A stretch of 42,078 bases of DNA from an uncultured bacterium. Its GTDB lineage: Bacteria; Ratteibacteria; UBA8468; B48-G9; JAFGKM01. Positions 17,725 to 25,869 of this stretch are shown one piece after another. How positions within the stretch are numbered: the stretch's first letter is position 1; each line of letters starts with the position of its first letter. The DNA is taken from positions 1 to 42,078 of the forward strand of contig CAYOFY010000006.1 in NCBI GenBank assembly GCA_964403465.1, read 5' to 3'. Both the position numbers and the translations under genes were made by a program. The notes under the pieces were generated by a model that worked only from the letters and a program-made list of their open reading frames with translations, had not been told where the DNA came from and made no database searches.

Positions 17725-17753
17725 AGGATAAAGCCCCGCTGATTTCTTGTCAA
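17725..17753 (-). promoter_or_regulatory. Sigma70 promoter of the hydrogenase operon
   Basis: TTGACA (17753-17748), 17-nt spacer, TATCCT (17730-17725). Confidence 0.65.
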
Positions 17754-17819
17754 ATTTTTCGAAAAAGACGGTATATGCTACCAGATAACTTTTCGCATGT
17801 CAACAGAGAAATATTTCTT

Positions 17820-19010
17820 CTACGCAATTGCCTGTTGTTCCTGCGTTTTCACAAAATTGCCTATCAGGAATGCCATCAGCACATTCAGTACTGCCACCAC
17901 CAGAAACGGCGTGCGAAGACTGGCCGCCCTGGCAATTGCGCCACCGGCAAAAGGCCCCAGGGCGAGGCCTGTCATGCTTATGGATGTGGCTACTCCATAT
18001 GCCCTGCCTATGTGTTTTTTATCTATGACTCTATGTATCATTGCGTTGGCGGCCGGCAGCATCCCCGCAACGCCCAGTCCGAATAAAATACGCACGGCAA
18101 AAAGCGATGAGAGGTTAAAGACGAAAAAGTGGCCGGCGGAGGCAACCGCGGCGGTTATGCAGCAGATAATCAGAATTTTCTTGTGCCCCACACGATCTCC
18201 CATGAGTCCGAGAAGAGCGGCGGAAAAGGCCCCTGCCAGAGCGGCTGCCGCCATGACCGAGCCGGTGATGCTGTTGAGATTTTTGGCGGAAGGGACAACC
18301 TCTTTTACGATCAACGGGAAAGACGGGTTTATCATGCAGTTGCTTAGCTGTACCCCGAACTGGATAACAGCCGCGACCAGAAAGCCCCCTATTGCAAGTA
18401 TTTCCAGGAAGCCCATCGGCTTGCCGCCTGTCACGTTATCAGGGGGGACAAAATCCTCTCTTACCCCCAGGGCAACAAGAAGTCCGCCGAGAAAAATAAT
18501 CCCTGCCCCGGCCCGGAATGCTGCGCGGTAACCATAAATATCCGCCATTATGCCCCCGAAGAGCGGACCTATCGTGACGCCTATGAATGCGGCCGCCTGC
18601 ATCATGCCAAGCGTAAAACCGCTCTTTTCCTGGGGTGTTACGCTGGCAACGAGTGCCACGCTCGCGGCAACGGTTCCCGTAAAGGCGCCCTGAAGAAGGC
18701 GGCAGGCAACGAGCTGTCCCACATTTCGGACAATGGACATAAGCAAGAGAACCACGGTGCCTGCAAACATTGACCTGCAGACCATGACCTTGCGGCCGTA
18801 TCGGTCCGACAGAATGCCCCACAGTGGAGCGAAAAGGCACAGGGTAACCCCCGTTGCACCGAGGACGATGCCTGACCAGAACGCCTGCTGTCCCGTATCC
18901 GAGATACCCAGCTCCGAGATAAAGAAGGGCAGAAATGGCTGGCAGAATGAGAATCCGAGAATGGAAAGAACCTGGGCAATAAAGGCCGAGACAAACGTTT
19001 TTTTCCACAT
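17820..19010 (-). CDS. MFS transporter, DHA1/MdtG-like
   Basis: PFLPFFI.ELG, WGILSDRYGRK (motif A), RLLQG, GPLFGG and second-half GDRVGHK; about 12 hydrophobic segments. Confidence 0.9.
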   Translation of the reverse strand: MWKKTFVSAFIAQVLSILGFSFCQPFLPFFISELGISDTGQQAFWSGIVLGATGVTLCLFAPLWGILSDRYGRKVMVCRSMFAGTVVLLLMSIVRNVGQLVACRLLQGAFTGTVAASVALVASVTPQEKSGFTLGMMQAAAFIGVTIGPLFGGIMADIYGYRAAFRAGAGIIFLGGLLVALGVREDFVPPDNVTGGKPMGFLEILAIGGFLVAAVIQFGVQLSNCMINPSFPLIVKEVVPSAKNLNSITGSVMAAAALAGAFSAALLGLMGDRVGHKKILIICCITAAVASAGHFFVFNLSSLFAVRILFGLGVAGMLPAANAMIHRVIDKKHIGRAYGVATSISMTGLALGPFAGGAIARAASLRTPFLVVAVLNVLMAFLIGNFVKTQEQQAIA

Positions 19011-19053
19011 GTGAGTGTTTTTTCAAAAAGGAGTTTATATTATAATGCTTTTC

Positions 19054-19668
19054 ATGGAAATATCAATAGACAGGATTGTTGTTGGAGAATTCCAGACAAA
19101 TTGCTACATGGTAACCTGCAGGAAGACAGGGGAAAGTTTCATCATAGACCCGGGAGATGAATACGAAAGAATAAAGTCCTTCATAATCGGCAGGAAAAAA
19201 CAGCCTTCCTTTATTGTGAACACGCACGGGCATGCCGACCACATAAAGGAAGACGGCATGTTCGGCCTGCCGGTTTATATCCACGGAGAGGACAGCGATT
19301 GTCTGCATGACCCGGAAAGAAACCTTTCCGCATTTTTCGGCGCCGCGCTCGTGCTTGATATAAAGCCGGTCTTGTTGAAGGATGGTGATACGGTGAGGGC
19401 AGGAGAGGCTTTGTTTGAGGTTTTGCACACACCGGGGCACAGCCCGGGAAGCATCTCCCTGAGAGGCGGGAATCTTGTTTTCACAGGGGACACTCTTTTC
19501 TGCAGCGGCTACGGAAGGACAGATTTCCCGGGAGGGTCTGAAGAAAGACTATTTGATTCCATCAGAAGATGTCTTCTCACATTGCCCGGAGAGACGGTCA
19601 TCTACCCGGGGCACGGAGAGTGTTCAACGATAGGAGCGGAAAGGATATTCCTGGCTGGAATGATTTGA
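19054..19668 (+). CDS. MBL-fold metallo-hydrolase (glyoxalase II/YcbL-like)
   Basis: TNCY, IIDPG, THGHADHI, HTPGHSPG, FTGDTLF and YPGHG. Start uncertain (19045 or 19054). Confidence 0.9.
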   Translation: MEISIDRIVVGEFQTNCYMVTCRKTGESFIIDPGDEYERIKSFIIGRKKQPSFIVNTHGHADHIKEDGMFGLPVYIHGEDSDCLHDPERNLSAFFGAALVLDIKPVLLKDGDTVRAGEALFEVLHTPGHSPGSISLRGGNLVFTGDTLFCSGYGRTDFPGGSEERLFDSIRRCLLTLPGETVIYPGHGECSTIGAERIFLAGMI

Positions 19669-19806
19669 ATTTCAGAAACAGATATGCTAAACTCCAAAAA
19701 AACAGACGGGAGAGGGAAGCGGGAACATGTGTAAAACTTTTCCCGGAGCCCGTACCCGGCAATCACGAACCCCTTTTTTTGAAACGGGTGAAGGAGGAGA
19801 GGAAAG

Positions 19807-20217
19807 ATGAAGCAGAGATTGGTTCAGATAGGGCTGATTGTGGTAATTCTTGTTGCCCTGGGTTTCGTTTTCAAGCAGTTGAAACCCAAGCAGTACAGTT
19901 ACGAGCGTCTTCTTGTGGATGTCAAGGCGAACAAGGTTTTTATTAAAAAGTATATCGCAGGCAAGGACATGGGTTTTCCCACAGAGTCTCCGTTCAGCGA
20001 AGGAAAGAACTCTTATCCGGTTATGAAATGCGTCAAGGACGGAACGATATTTGCCTATAACGAGCCGATGAATCCTGAATCCGCCGGTCCGTCCAGGAGT
20101 GATATGCCAAAGTGTCCTGTTTGCGGCGGATTTGACGTGATACTTCCTGAATTGCCGTCAGGACAAACCAGCATGGACGTGCCAGGACCTATCCAGGTAG
20201 TCCAGCCCAGCAACTAA
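19807..20217 (+). CDS. Hypothetical membrane-anchored protein with a possible Zn-ribbon
   Basis: Strong GGAGG RBS, N-terminal hydrophobic helix, CVKD...CPVC. It has its own predicted promoter, TTGAAT-17-TAAACT (19665-19693). Confidence 0.7.
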   Translation: MKQRLVQIGLIVVILVALGFVFKQLKPKQYSYERLLVDVKANKVFIKKYIAGKDMGFPTESPFSEGKNSYPVMKCVKDGTIFAYNEPMNPESAGPSRSDMPKCPVCGGFDVILPELPSGQTSMDVPGPIQVVQPSN

Positions 20218-20239
20218 GGAATATCTGCAGGGACGTTGT

Positions 20240-20899
20240 CTATGGAAGCCCAGGGTCTTTGATGCGCGCGGAGGAAAATCCTTTTGCCCTGAGAATGCAA
20301 CTGGGGCATCTGCCGCAGGGCTTTTTGCCGCTCCTGTAGCAGGACCATGTCAGAGAGAAATCCACGCCGAGCGAAAGACCTTTCCTGATTATCTGCTCTT
20401 TTGACATCCGGAGCAAGGGGGTCTCAAGTTTTATGAGTTGCCCTCCTGATGTTTTTTTCGTTGCAACGTTGATGAGTTTCCGGAAGCGATTGATATATTC
20501 CGGCCTGCAGTCAGGATAACCTGAAAAATCCACGGAGTTTACGCCTGTGAAGATTGCCCCGGCGTCAGACGTTTCCGCAAGCGCGAGAGCGAGGCTGATG
20601 AATATGGTGTTTCTGGCAGGAACGTAGGTGGCAGGTATTTCCCCGGCGCGGGTTTTCCGGGGTATGCCTATCCTGGTATCGGTCAGCGCGGATTTTGCCC
20701 AGGACAGGTCTATATCCAGAATGGTATGACTTTCAACCTTCAGGAACTCTGCAATTCTTTTTGCGGAAGAAATCTCTCTCCTGTTTCTCTGTCCGTAGTC
20801 TATGGTCAGCGCGCAGATTCTGTATCCCTTTTTCCCTGCAATCGCGGCGCTTACGAAACTGTCCATCCCTCCGGATATCAGGCAGACCGCTTTTTTCAT
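20240..20899 (-). CDS. queC: 7-cyano-7-deazaguanine synthase QueC
   Basis: SGGMDS, DYGQR, TYVPARN, GYPDCRPE and TWSCY...PCGRCPSC..R. Confidence 0.95.
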   Translation of the reverse strand: MKKAVCLISGGMDSFVSAAIAGKKGYRICALTIDYGQRNRREISSAKRIAEFLKVESHTILDIDLSWAKSALTDTRIGIPRKTRAGEIPATYVPARNTIFISLALALAETSDAGAIFTGVNSVDFSGYPDCRPEYINRFRKLINVATKKTSGGQLIKLETPLLRMSKEQIIRKGLSLGVDFSLTWSCYRSGKKPCGRCPSCILRAKGFSSARIKDPGLP

Positions 20900-20902
20900 G
20901 TT

Positions 20903-21087
20903 TATATCAAACAGATTTCATCCGGAGAGCGTCGTTGGCTGCGTCGTCGGCTTCCTCAACCCCGATTTATCGGGGCCTTCGTCGCCTTCTCTCCCGAATA
21001 AGATGCATCGGGATCCCGACAAAGGCCGTCTGCCTTTGTCAGTCGGGACTTGCCGTCTTGCTCTCCGGCGAACTCCATTTGCTATTA
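20903..21087. repeat. ERIC/IRU-like hairpin element, copy 1, with an internal 57-bp cassette at 20992-21048
   Basis: Core TCGTTGGCTGCGTCGTCGG...CTTGCCGTCTTG shared with 31426-31606. Closing stem CCGGAGAGC/GCTCTCCGG. Outer limits approximate. Confidence 0.8.
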
Positions 21088-21108
21088 TCTTAGTTGTTCA
21101 AAAACATT

Positions 21109-22206
21109 TTATACGGACGGCAGGTTGTAATCCACCCTCACCCTCTTGCCGCCCTGCCTGAAGGATTCCTCGCATGCAAATACGCAGGCCATTGTCTTCC
21201 AGCTGTCAAAAGCGCTCATAAGGGGTTGTCTGCCGTCCCTCATACGGTTGACAAAGTCGCTGAAGAACCCCCTTGAGTCGTGGTGCAGGGTTGTATCGGG
21301 CATACCAGGATAACTCTCCATCCTGGTCAGGGCGGTTTTCCCTCCGGGCCCGCTGAAATTGAATATCTGTATGTATCCTTTCCATCCGTCCGCCCTGAGG
21401 GAACCCTCGGAACCGGCGACGCTTACATTATATTCGTGCCCCAGTTCGTTCTCCATGCCCGTGGGAGCGTAATATACAGCCCTGTGCTGAAGCGTTACAA
21501 GGTTGGCAAGTTTTTCGCCGGGGAAGAAACAGAACGTGCTTGCCGGCTCGCGGTAGGCCCTGTGCCATCCCTGCGGACCCTTGAGTTCCGGTGCGGGAAT
21601 TGCCAGCACCTCCTCCGGGTCAATCCCCATGTAACTGCGGAATATGTCCAGCCGGTGACATCCTTCCTCAATATAGTAACCACCGACCTTGGCCAGGTCG
21701 GAGTGCCAGTTGCCGGATTCTCTGATGAATCCCTGTCCGCCGCAGAAGTGATTGAAGAGAATATTCTTTGGTTCCCCTATCTCTCCAGCATCAATAATCT
21801 CCTTGACCCTTCTGGTCTGCAGCGAATACCTCAGTTCAAAATCTATCTGCATGCACTTGCCGCTCTCTTTCTCGGCTTTGAGCATGAGGGCAATCTCTTT
21901 CTTCGTCATGCCGAAAGGTTTCTCAGAGAACACGTGCTTCCCTGATTTGAGCGCGGCTATTGCAACCTCCCAATGCATGAAATTGGGCGTAGCGTTATAA
22001 ATGACCTCTATATCCTTCTGTTCGCACAATTTCCTGTAATCGCTGTATGTTTTCACTCCGTACTCTTCTTCGGCCGACCTCCTTCTTCCTTCCTCGCTTT
22101 CCGCAATGCCGGTAAGTTCAATATCAGGCCGGTTTTTCATGATATCTTCCGCTGCCCCTTTGCCGATATTTCCAAAACCCACGACCCCGACCCTGATTTT
22201 TCTCAT
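21109..22206 (-). CDS. Gfo/Idh/MocA-family oxidoreductase
   Basis: VGVVGFGNIG, ATPNFMH, GKHVFSEKP and GG...EEGCHRLD. Confidence 0.9.
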   Translation of the reverse strand: MRKIRVGVVGFGNIGKGAAEDIMKNRPDIELTGIAESEEGRRRSAEEEYGVKTYSDYRKLCEQKDIEVIYNATPNFMHWEVAIAALKSGKHVFSEKPFGMTKKEIALMLKAEKESGKCMQIDFELRYSLQTRRVKEIIDAGEIGEPKNILFNHFCGGQGFIRESGNWHSDLAKVGGYYIEEGCHRLDIFRSYMGIDPEEVLAIPAPELKGPQGWHRAYREPASTFCFFPGEKLANLVTLQHRAVYYAPTGMENELGHEYNVSVAGSEGSLRADGWKGYIQIFNFSGPGGKTALTRMESYPGMPDTTLHHDSRGFFSDFVNRMRDGRQPLMSAFDSWKTMACVFACEESFRQGGKRVRVDYNLPSV

Positions 22207-22221
22207 TTTCCATAGCTCCTT

Positions 22222-22833
22222 TTATCTGACCCCTGCTATCTTATGCATCTGCATACGTAGATACCAGTTCTCTTCCGGTCTTTTTTTGAGAAACCTGATT
22301 ATTTCTTTTGCCGTTGAAATCCTGTTATCAGCCGGTTGCAGGATAACAGGATTTTTTATCTTCCTGTCTATGAATCCCATATCACGCGCTGAAGAGATAA
22401 CGTATTTGAACTCCGAAGCAGTTTTCATAAACCTTCTGTCGTATCCGTGCGGATGGTATCGCAAACCCTCCTGTTTCGGACTCACCGTGAGCCAGTCAAG
22501 CGGCAGACGTTGCCAGAGTGTTCCGCTGGTCTCCGCCGAAACCCAGTAACTTTCCCTCTTGAGACATTTTACGAGGGATGAGAGATTCTGCAAAAAGGGC
22601 TCTCCTCCGGTTATGCAGACCCTTCTGCAGCGGTATCTTCCTGCCGCCCGCAGGATTTCCGCTACCCCTTTCTCCCTGCCGCCTTTGAGGGCATATTTCG
22701 TATCGCAGAATCTGCAGTGCAGGTTGCAGCCCGCCAGTCTTATGAAGACCATGGGGAGTCCCTGCTTGAGTCCCTCTCCCTGCACCGAGTAAAAGATCTC
22801 CGATATCCTGTATACCAGGTTTTCCGCTTCCAT
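22222..22833 (-). CDS. queE: 7-carboxy-7-deazaguanine synthase QueE (radical SAM)
   Basis: EIFYSVQGEG, FIRLAGCNLHCRFCDT, ITGGEP, ETSGT, TVSPK and QMHK. Confidence 0.93.
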   Translation of the reverse strand: MEAENLVYRISEIFYSVQGEGLKQGLPMVFIRLAGCNLHCRFCDTKYALKGGREKGVAEILRAAGRYRCRRVCITGGEPFLQNLSSLVKCLKRESYWVSAETSGTLWQRLPLDWLTVSPKQEGLRYHPHGYDRRFMKTASEFKYVISSARDMGFIDRKIKNPVILQPADNRISTAKEIIRFLKKRPEENWYLRMQMHKIAGVR

Positions 22834-22842
22834 TCAAGGAAT

Positions 22843-23667
22843 CTATTTTGCAAAGTCAAGTATCCCGAATTCCTCAATCAAATGGTAATTAGTCACGGAC
22901 AGTTGCGGGACCATGGACAATTCTTTCCATGTTAAATAACGTGAAAAGTTGTACCTTGCCACAAGAATCCTCCATCCCGTGCCCGGGCCGAAGGCGTCAC
23001 CGTGGGCAATAAGGCCCTTCACCGGAATCGCCATCTCAGCGGTCCAGTATTCATCCACATCCTCCCAGTTGTTGAGGGTTCCCTTGACCTGTGCTCCCAC
23101 CAGAACGTCATCAAGGTTCATGCCGGGTTCAAACCCGCTCTTCAAGCCGAGTCTTCCCCTGCCGGGGAACCAGAAGACGGTCTTTTTTTCGTTGGGCGTG
23201 CCGTATATTTCCCAGTACCAGGAGCTGTTTTCCGGCTTTATGAATATCTCCACAAGGTCTCCGCTTGCATAAAAGTGCTGCTGGTTCTCATCACTTTCCT
23301 GCACTATATCAGAATCATAGAATTTAATGCCCACGTAAAGATAATTTTCATCCCATGCGAGTCTTGCCTCTCCGCCTTCTTTCAGCCGGTCTGCCCCGGG
23401 GCTCCTGTCCTTCTTTTTCAGCGCGAGTCTGTCAGCGCTGGACAGCGTGAGGTTATAGACGGCGGATTTTATCCATACGGGGTCGTCCAGAATTCCGTCC
23501 ACAGTCACGGGGTTTTCCGTGTACTGCGCAACAAGGACAGCAGGTCCGACAGGTTCCCTGAACCTTGTCTTGATTGACTCGAATTTCTCCCTGGTTGCGG
23601 CACAGCCCGTCATCATCAGCGCTGTTAACATCGCCAAACCGTACAACGAATATTTCTTCCTGTACAT
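22843..23667 (-). CDS. Lipoprotein with a carbohydrate-binding family 9-like (DOMON-like) domain
   Basis: Lipobox MTGC, VDGILDDPVW, LAWDENYLYVG, DLVEIFI and WTAEMAIP; GGAGG RBS. Confidence 0.75.
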   Translation of the reverse strand: MYRKKYSLYGLAMLTALMMTGCAATREKFESIKTRFREPVGPAVLVAQYTENPVTVDGILDDPVWIKSAVYNLTLSSADRLALKKKDRSPGADRLKEGGEARLAWDENYLYVGIKFYDSDIVQESDENQQHFYASGDLVEIFIKPENSSWYWEIYGTPNEKKTVFWFPGRGRLGLKSGFEPGMNLDDVLVGAQVKGTLNNWEDVDEYWTAEMAIPVKGLIAHGDAFGPGTGWRILVARYNFSRYLTWKELSMVPQLSVTNYHLIEEFGILDFAK

Positions 23668-23761
23668 TCACAACCTCCTTTACCCCGAACCGGGCAATGA
23701 CAAGCAGTAAGGGATTTCGTTTTCGCTTCTTCCATCTGCTTGATGTTTACTGGCGGGGAAT

Positions 23762-23827
23762 ACTATATCATTAGAGGATATTTTTTGCAACAGGAAGATT
23801 TACGTTGCCTGCCGGGTGTGGTATTAT
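23762..23827. promoter_or_regulatory. Divergent sigma70 promoters
   Basis: Minus strand: TTGCAA (23790-23785)-17-TATAGT with TG extension. Plus strand: TTTACG (23799-23804)-17-TATTAT (23822-23827) with TG extension. Confidence 0.6.
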
Positions 23828-23833
23828 TAACCA

Positions 23834-24076
23834 ATGAAGATCGCCGTGCGGGTAACCGCAAACTCCAGGAAGCCCAGGGTCTCCGAGGAAGGGGTGGCCA
23901 ACTTCGTCAAGGTGTGGGTGGATGCACCGGCACTGGAAGGACGTGCAAACAAAAGGCTCCTGGAGATACTCTCGGAACATTATAATAAACCCAGGACGGC
24001 ATTTGTAATCAGGAAAGGTTTTAACAGCAGGAACAAAATCATAGAGATACGGGATCGGGATGGGGACAAACGGTGA
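23834..24076 (+). CDS. DUF167/YggU-family protein
   Basis: VRVTANSRK, VKVWVDAPALEGRAN and I.KG..SRNKI. Confidence 0.88.
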   Translation: MKIAVRVTANSRKPRVSEEGVANFVKVWVDAPALEGRANKRLLEILSEHYNKPRTAFVIRKGFNSRNKIIEIRDRDGDKR

Positions 24077-24680
24077 AATGATTCTGGTTGAAAGGGCGAA
24101 GAAGGGCGACATGAAAGCGTTTGAACGCCTCATGAAGACGACCAGCAGCAAGATATATAACCTTGGATACAGACTGCTCAGGAACCGCGAGGATGCTGCC
24201 GACGTCATGCAGGAAACGTACATGTCTGCCTACGAAAATCTTCCTAGGTTCAGAGGCAACTCCTCGTTTTCAACCTGGCTTTACCGGATAGCGACCAATT
24301 TTGCGCTGATGAAGATGCGGAAGGAAAAAGGCAAAAAGGTATCTTCCTCAGAGTTGCAGGAAGCCTCCGGAGATCTATATGAAAAGGCGCTTCCGGACTG
24401 GTCTGAAAGCCCTGTTGACCACCTGAAAAACCAGGAACTGAAAGAGGTGCTGGATAAGGCGATAGACTCCCTGCCGCCGAAATACAGGTCTGTTTTTGTC
24501 CTTCACGACATAGAAGGATTGGGTATTGCCGAGGTTGCCGGCATACTTTCCATTTCAGAGCCGGCCGTGAAAACCAGGTCGCACAGGAGCCGTCTATATC
24601 TGCGGGAGAAACTGTCCGAATACTTCAGGCAGGGCCGTGGAGACGCCCAGAAGCATTTGCTAAAACAGGAAAGAATATGA
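24060..24680 (+). CDS. ECF RNA polymerase sigma factor
   Basis: GD..AFE.L, DAADVMQETY, FSTWLYRIATN, LP.KYR.VF.L and AVKTRSHR.R. Start uncertain (24060 or 24078). Confidence 0.93.
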   Translation: MGTNGEMILVERAKKGDMKAFERLMKTTSSKIYNLGYRLLRNREDAADVMQETYMSAYENLPRFRGNSSFSTWLYRIATNFALMKMRKEKGKKVSSSELQEASGDLYEKALPDWSESPVDHLKNQELKEVLDKAIDSLPPKYRSVFVLHDIEGLGIAEVAGILSISEPAVKTRSHRSRLYLREKLSEYFRQGRGDAQKHLLKQERI

Positions 24681-24910
24681 ATTGCGAACAGATTATGCGG
24701 CTGATATCCGGGTATCTGGACGATGATATTGACGCGTTGATGAAGGATATGCTGGAGAGGCATCTTGAGGAATGTGAAAGATGCCTTTCCATGCTTCGCA
24801 CAATGGAAAGAACCATCTCTTTTTCCAGGGAAATGAACAGGAGGAGAAAGGTTCCCGGGAAAGTCATGAACAGGGTTTACTACGAGATAAGAATAAGATA
24901 CAGGAAATGA
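24677..24910 (+). CDS. Soluble zinc-binding anti-sigma factor (zf-HC2/ZAS)
   Basis: MNC...LISGYLD and HLEECERC (HxxxCxxC). No transmembrane segment; ATGA-coupled to the sigma gene. Confidence 0.88.
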   Translation: MNCEQIMRLISGYLDDDIDALMKDMLERHLEECERCLSMLRTMERTISFSREMNRRRKVPGKVMNRVYYEIRIRYRK

Positions 24911-25836
24911 GAGACAAGAGCATTATCATAATCGGCGCAGGTCCCGCCGGGCTGTCGGCCGGGGTCTATTCTGTAAGGGCAGGGATAAGAACCGTGATTG
25001 TTGAAAGGCTTCTTGCCGGAGGAAGCATGCTGCTCACGGAAAGGATAGAGAATTACCCCGGTTTCCCCGAAGGCATTTCGGGTTATGAACTGGCCGAGAA
25101 GATGAAGGGGCAGTACCTGAGGTTCGGCGGCGAGGTTGTGCAGGGCGATGTCAGTGAAGTTTTTTTCGGAGAAGCAAGCAAGGGGGTGCGGATGAAGGAT
25201 GGCCGGGAGATGAGATCAGGAGCACTCATAATTGCGAGCGGCTCGTCAAGGAAGAAACTCGGGGTTGAGGGAGAAGACGCATACACGGGAAAGGGGGTCT
25301 CTTTCTGCGCGGTCTGCGACGGTGCGTTTTTCAAGGGGAAAAGGATAGCCGTGATTGGAGGGGGTGACTCGGCCCTGGAGGAGGCGATATACCTGACGAG
25401 ATACGTTGATACATGCTATCTGGTGCACAGGCGGGATGAATTCAGGGCATCGGCGTATCTGCAGGAGGAGATGAAAAAACATCCTTCCATCAGGCCGGTT
25501 CTATCCGCCGTGCCCGAGAAGATAGAGGGGGACGGAAAGATTGTGAAAAGGATAATCCTGAGGGACAAAAAGACGGGTAACGTACAGCCTCTTGATGTGG
25601 ACGGCATCTTTATCTCGGTCGGCCAGACGCCGAACGTGGAGTTCATCAGCGGAAAGATTGAGCAGAATCCTGCCGGGTATATAGTGACAGACTACAGGAT
25701 GGCAACTTCCGAAAGGGGTGTTTTCGCCTGCGGTGATGTGATGAAGAAATCGCTGTATCAGGTTGTAACCGCGTGCGGTGAGGGTGCCACGGCCGCATCC
25801 TCCGCGGAAAAATACCTTGCAGGAGGGCCGGGGTAA
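24907..25836 (+). CDS. trxB: Thioredoxin-disulfide reductase
   Basis: IIGAGPAGL, IENYPGF, GVSFCAVCDG, GGGDSALEEA, HRRDEFRA and GVFACGD. Start moved to ATG 24907 (ATGA overlap). Confidence 0.95.
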   Translation: MRDKSIIIIGAGPAGLSAGVYSVRAGIRTVIVERLLAGGSMLLTERIENYPGFPEGISGYELAEKMKGQYLRFGGEVVQGDVSEVFFGEASKGVRMKDGREMRSGALIIASGSSRKKLGVEGEDAYTGKGVSFCAVCDGAFFKGKRIAVIGGGDSALEEAIYLTRYVDTCYLVHRRDEFRASAYLQEEMKKHPSIRPVLSAVPEKIEGDGKIVKRIILRDKKTGNVQPLDVDGIFISVGQTPNVEFISGKIEQNPAGYIVTDYRMATSERGVFACGDVMKKSLYQVVTACGEGATAASSAEKYLAGGPG

Positions 25837-25869
25837 ACATTTTTCCTGACAGAACGGCGTGAGGAACGC

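Noticed and set aside
20240-22833. Dpd 7-deazaguanine DNA-modification or QatC-type defence system
   Set aside because: QueC and QueE are canonical in size and motifs, and no dpdA/tgt-like or qat genes are nearby.
23676-23757. preQ1 riboswitch or SRP RNA
   Set aside because: It lacks the preQ1-I short stem with A-rich tail and the SRP GGAA-tetraloop/AGCAG domain; kept only as an unassigned hairpin.
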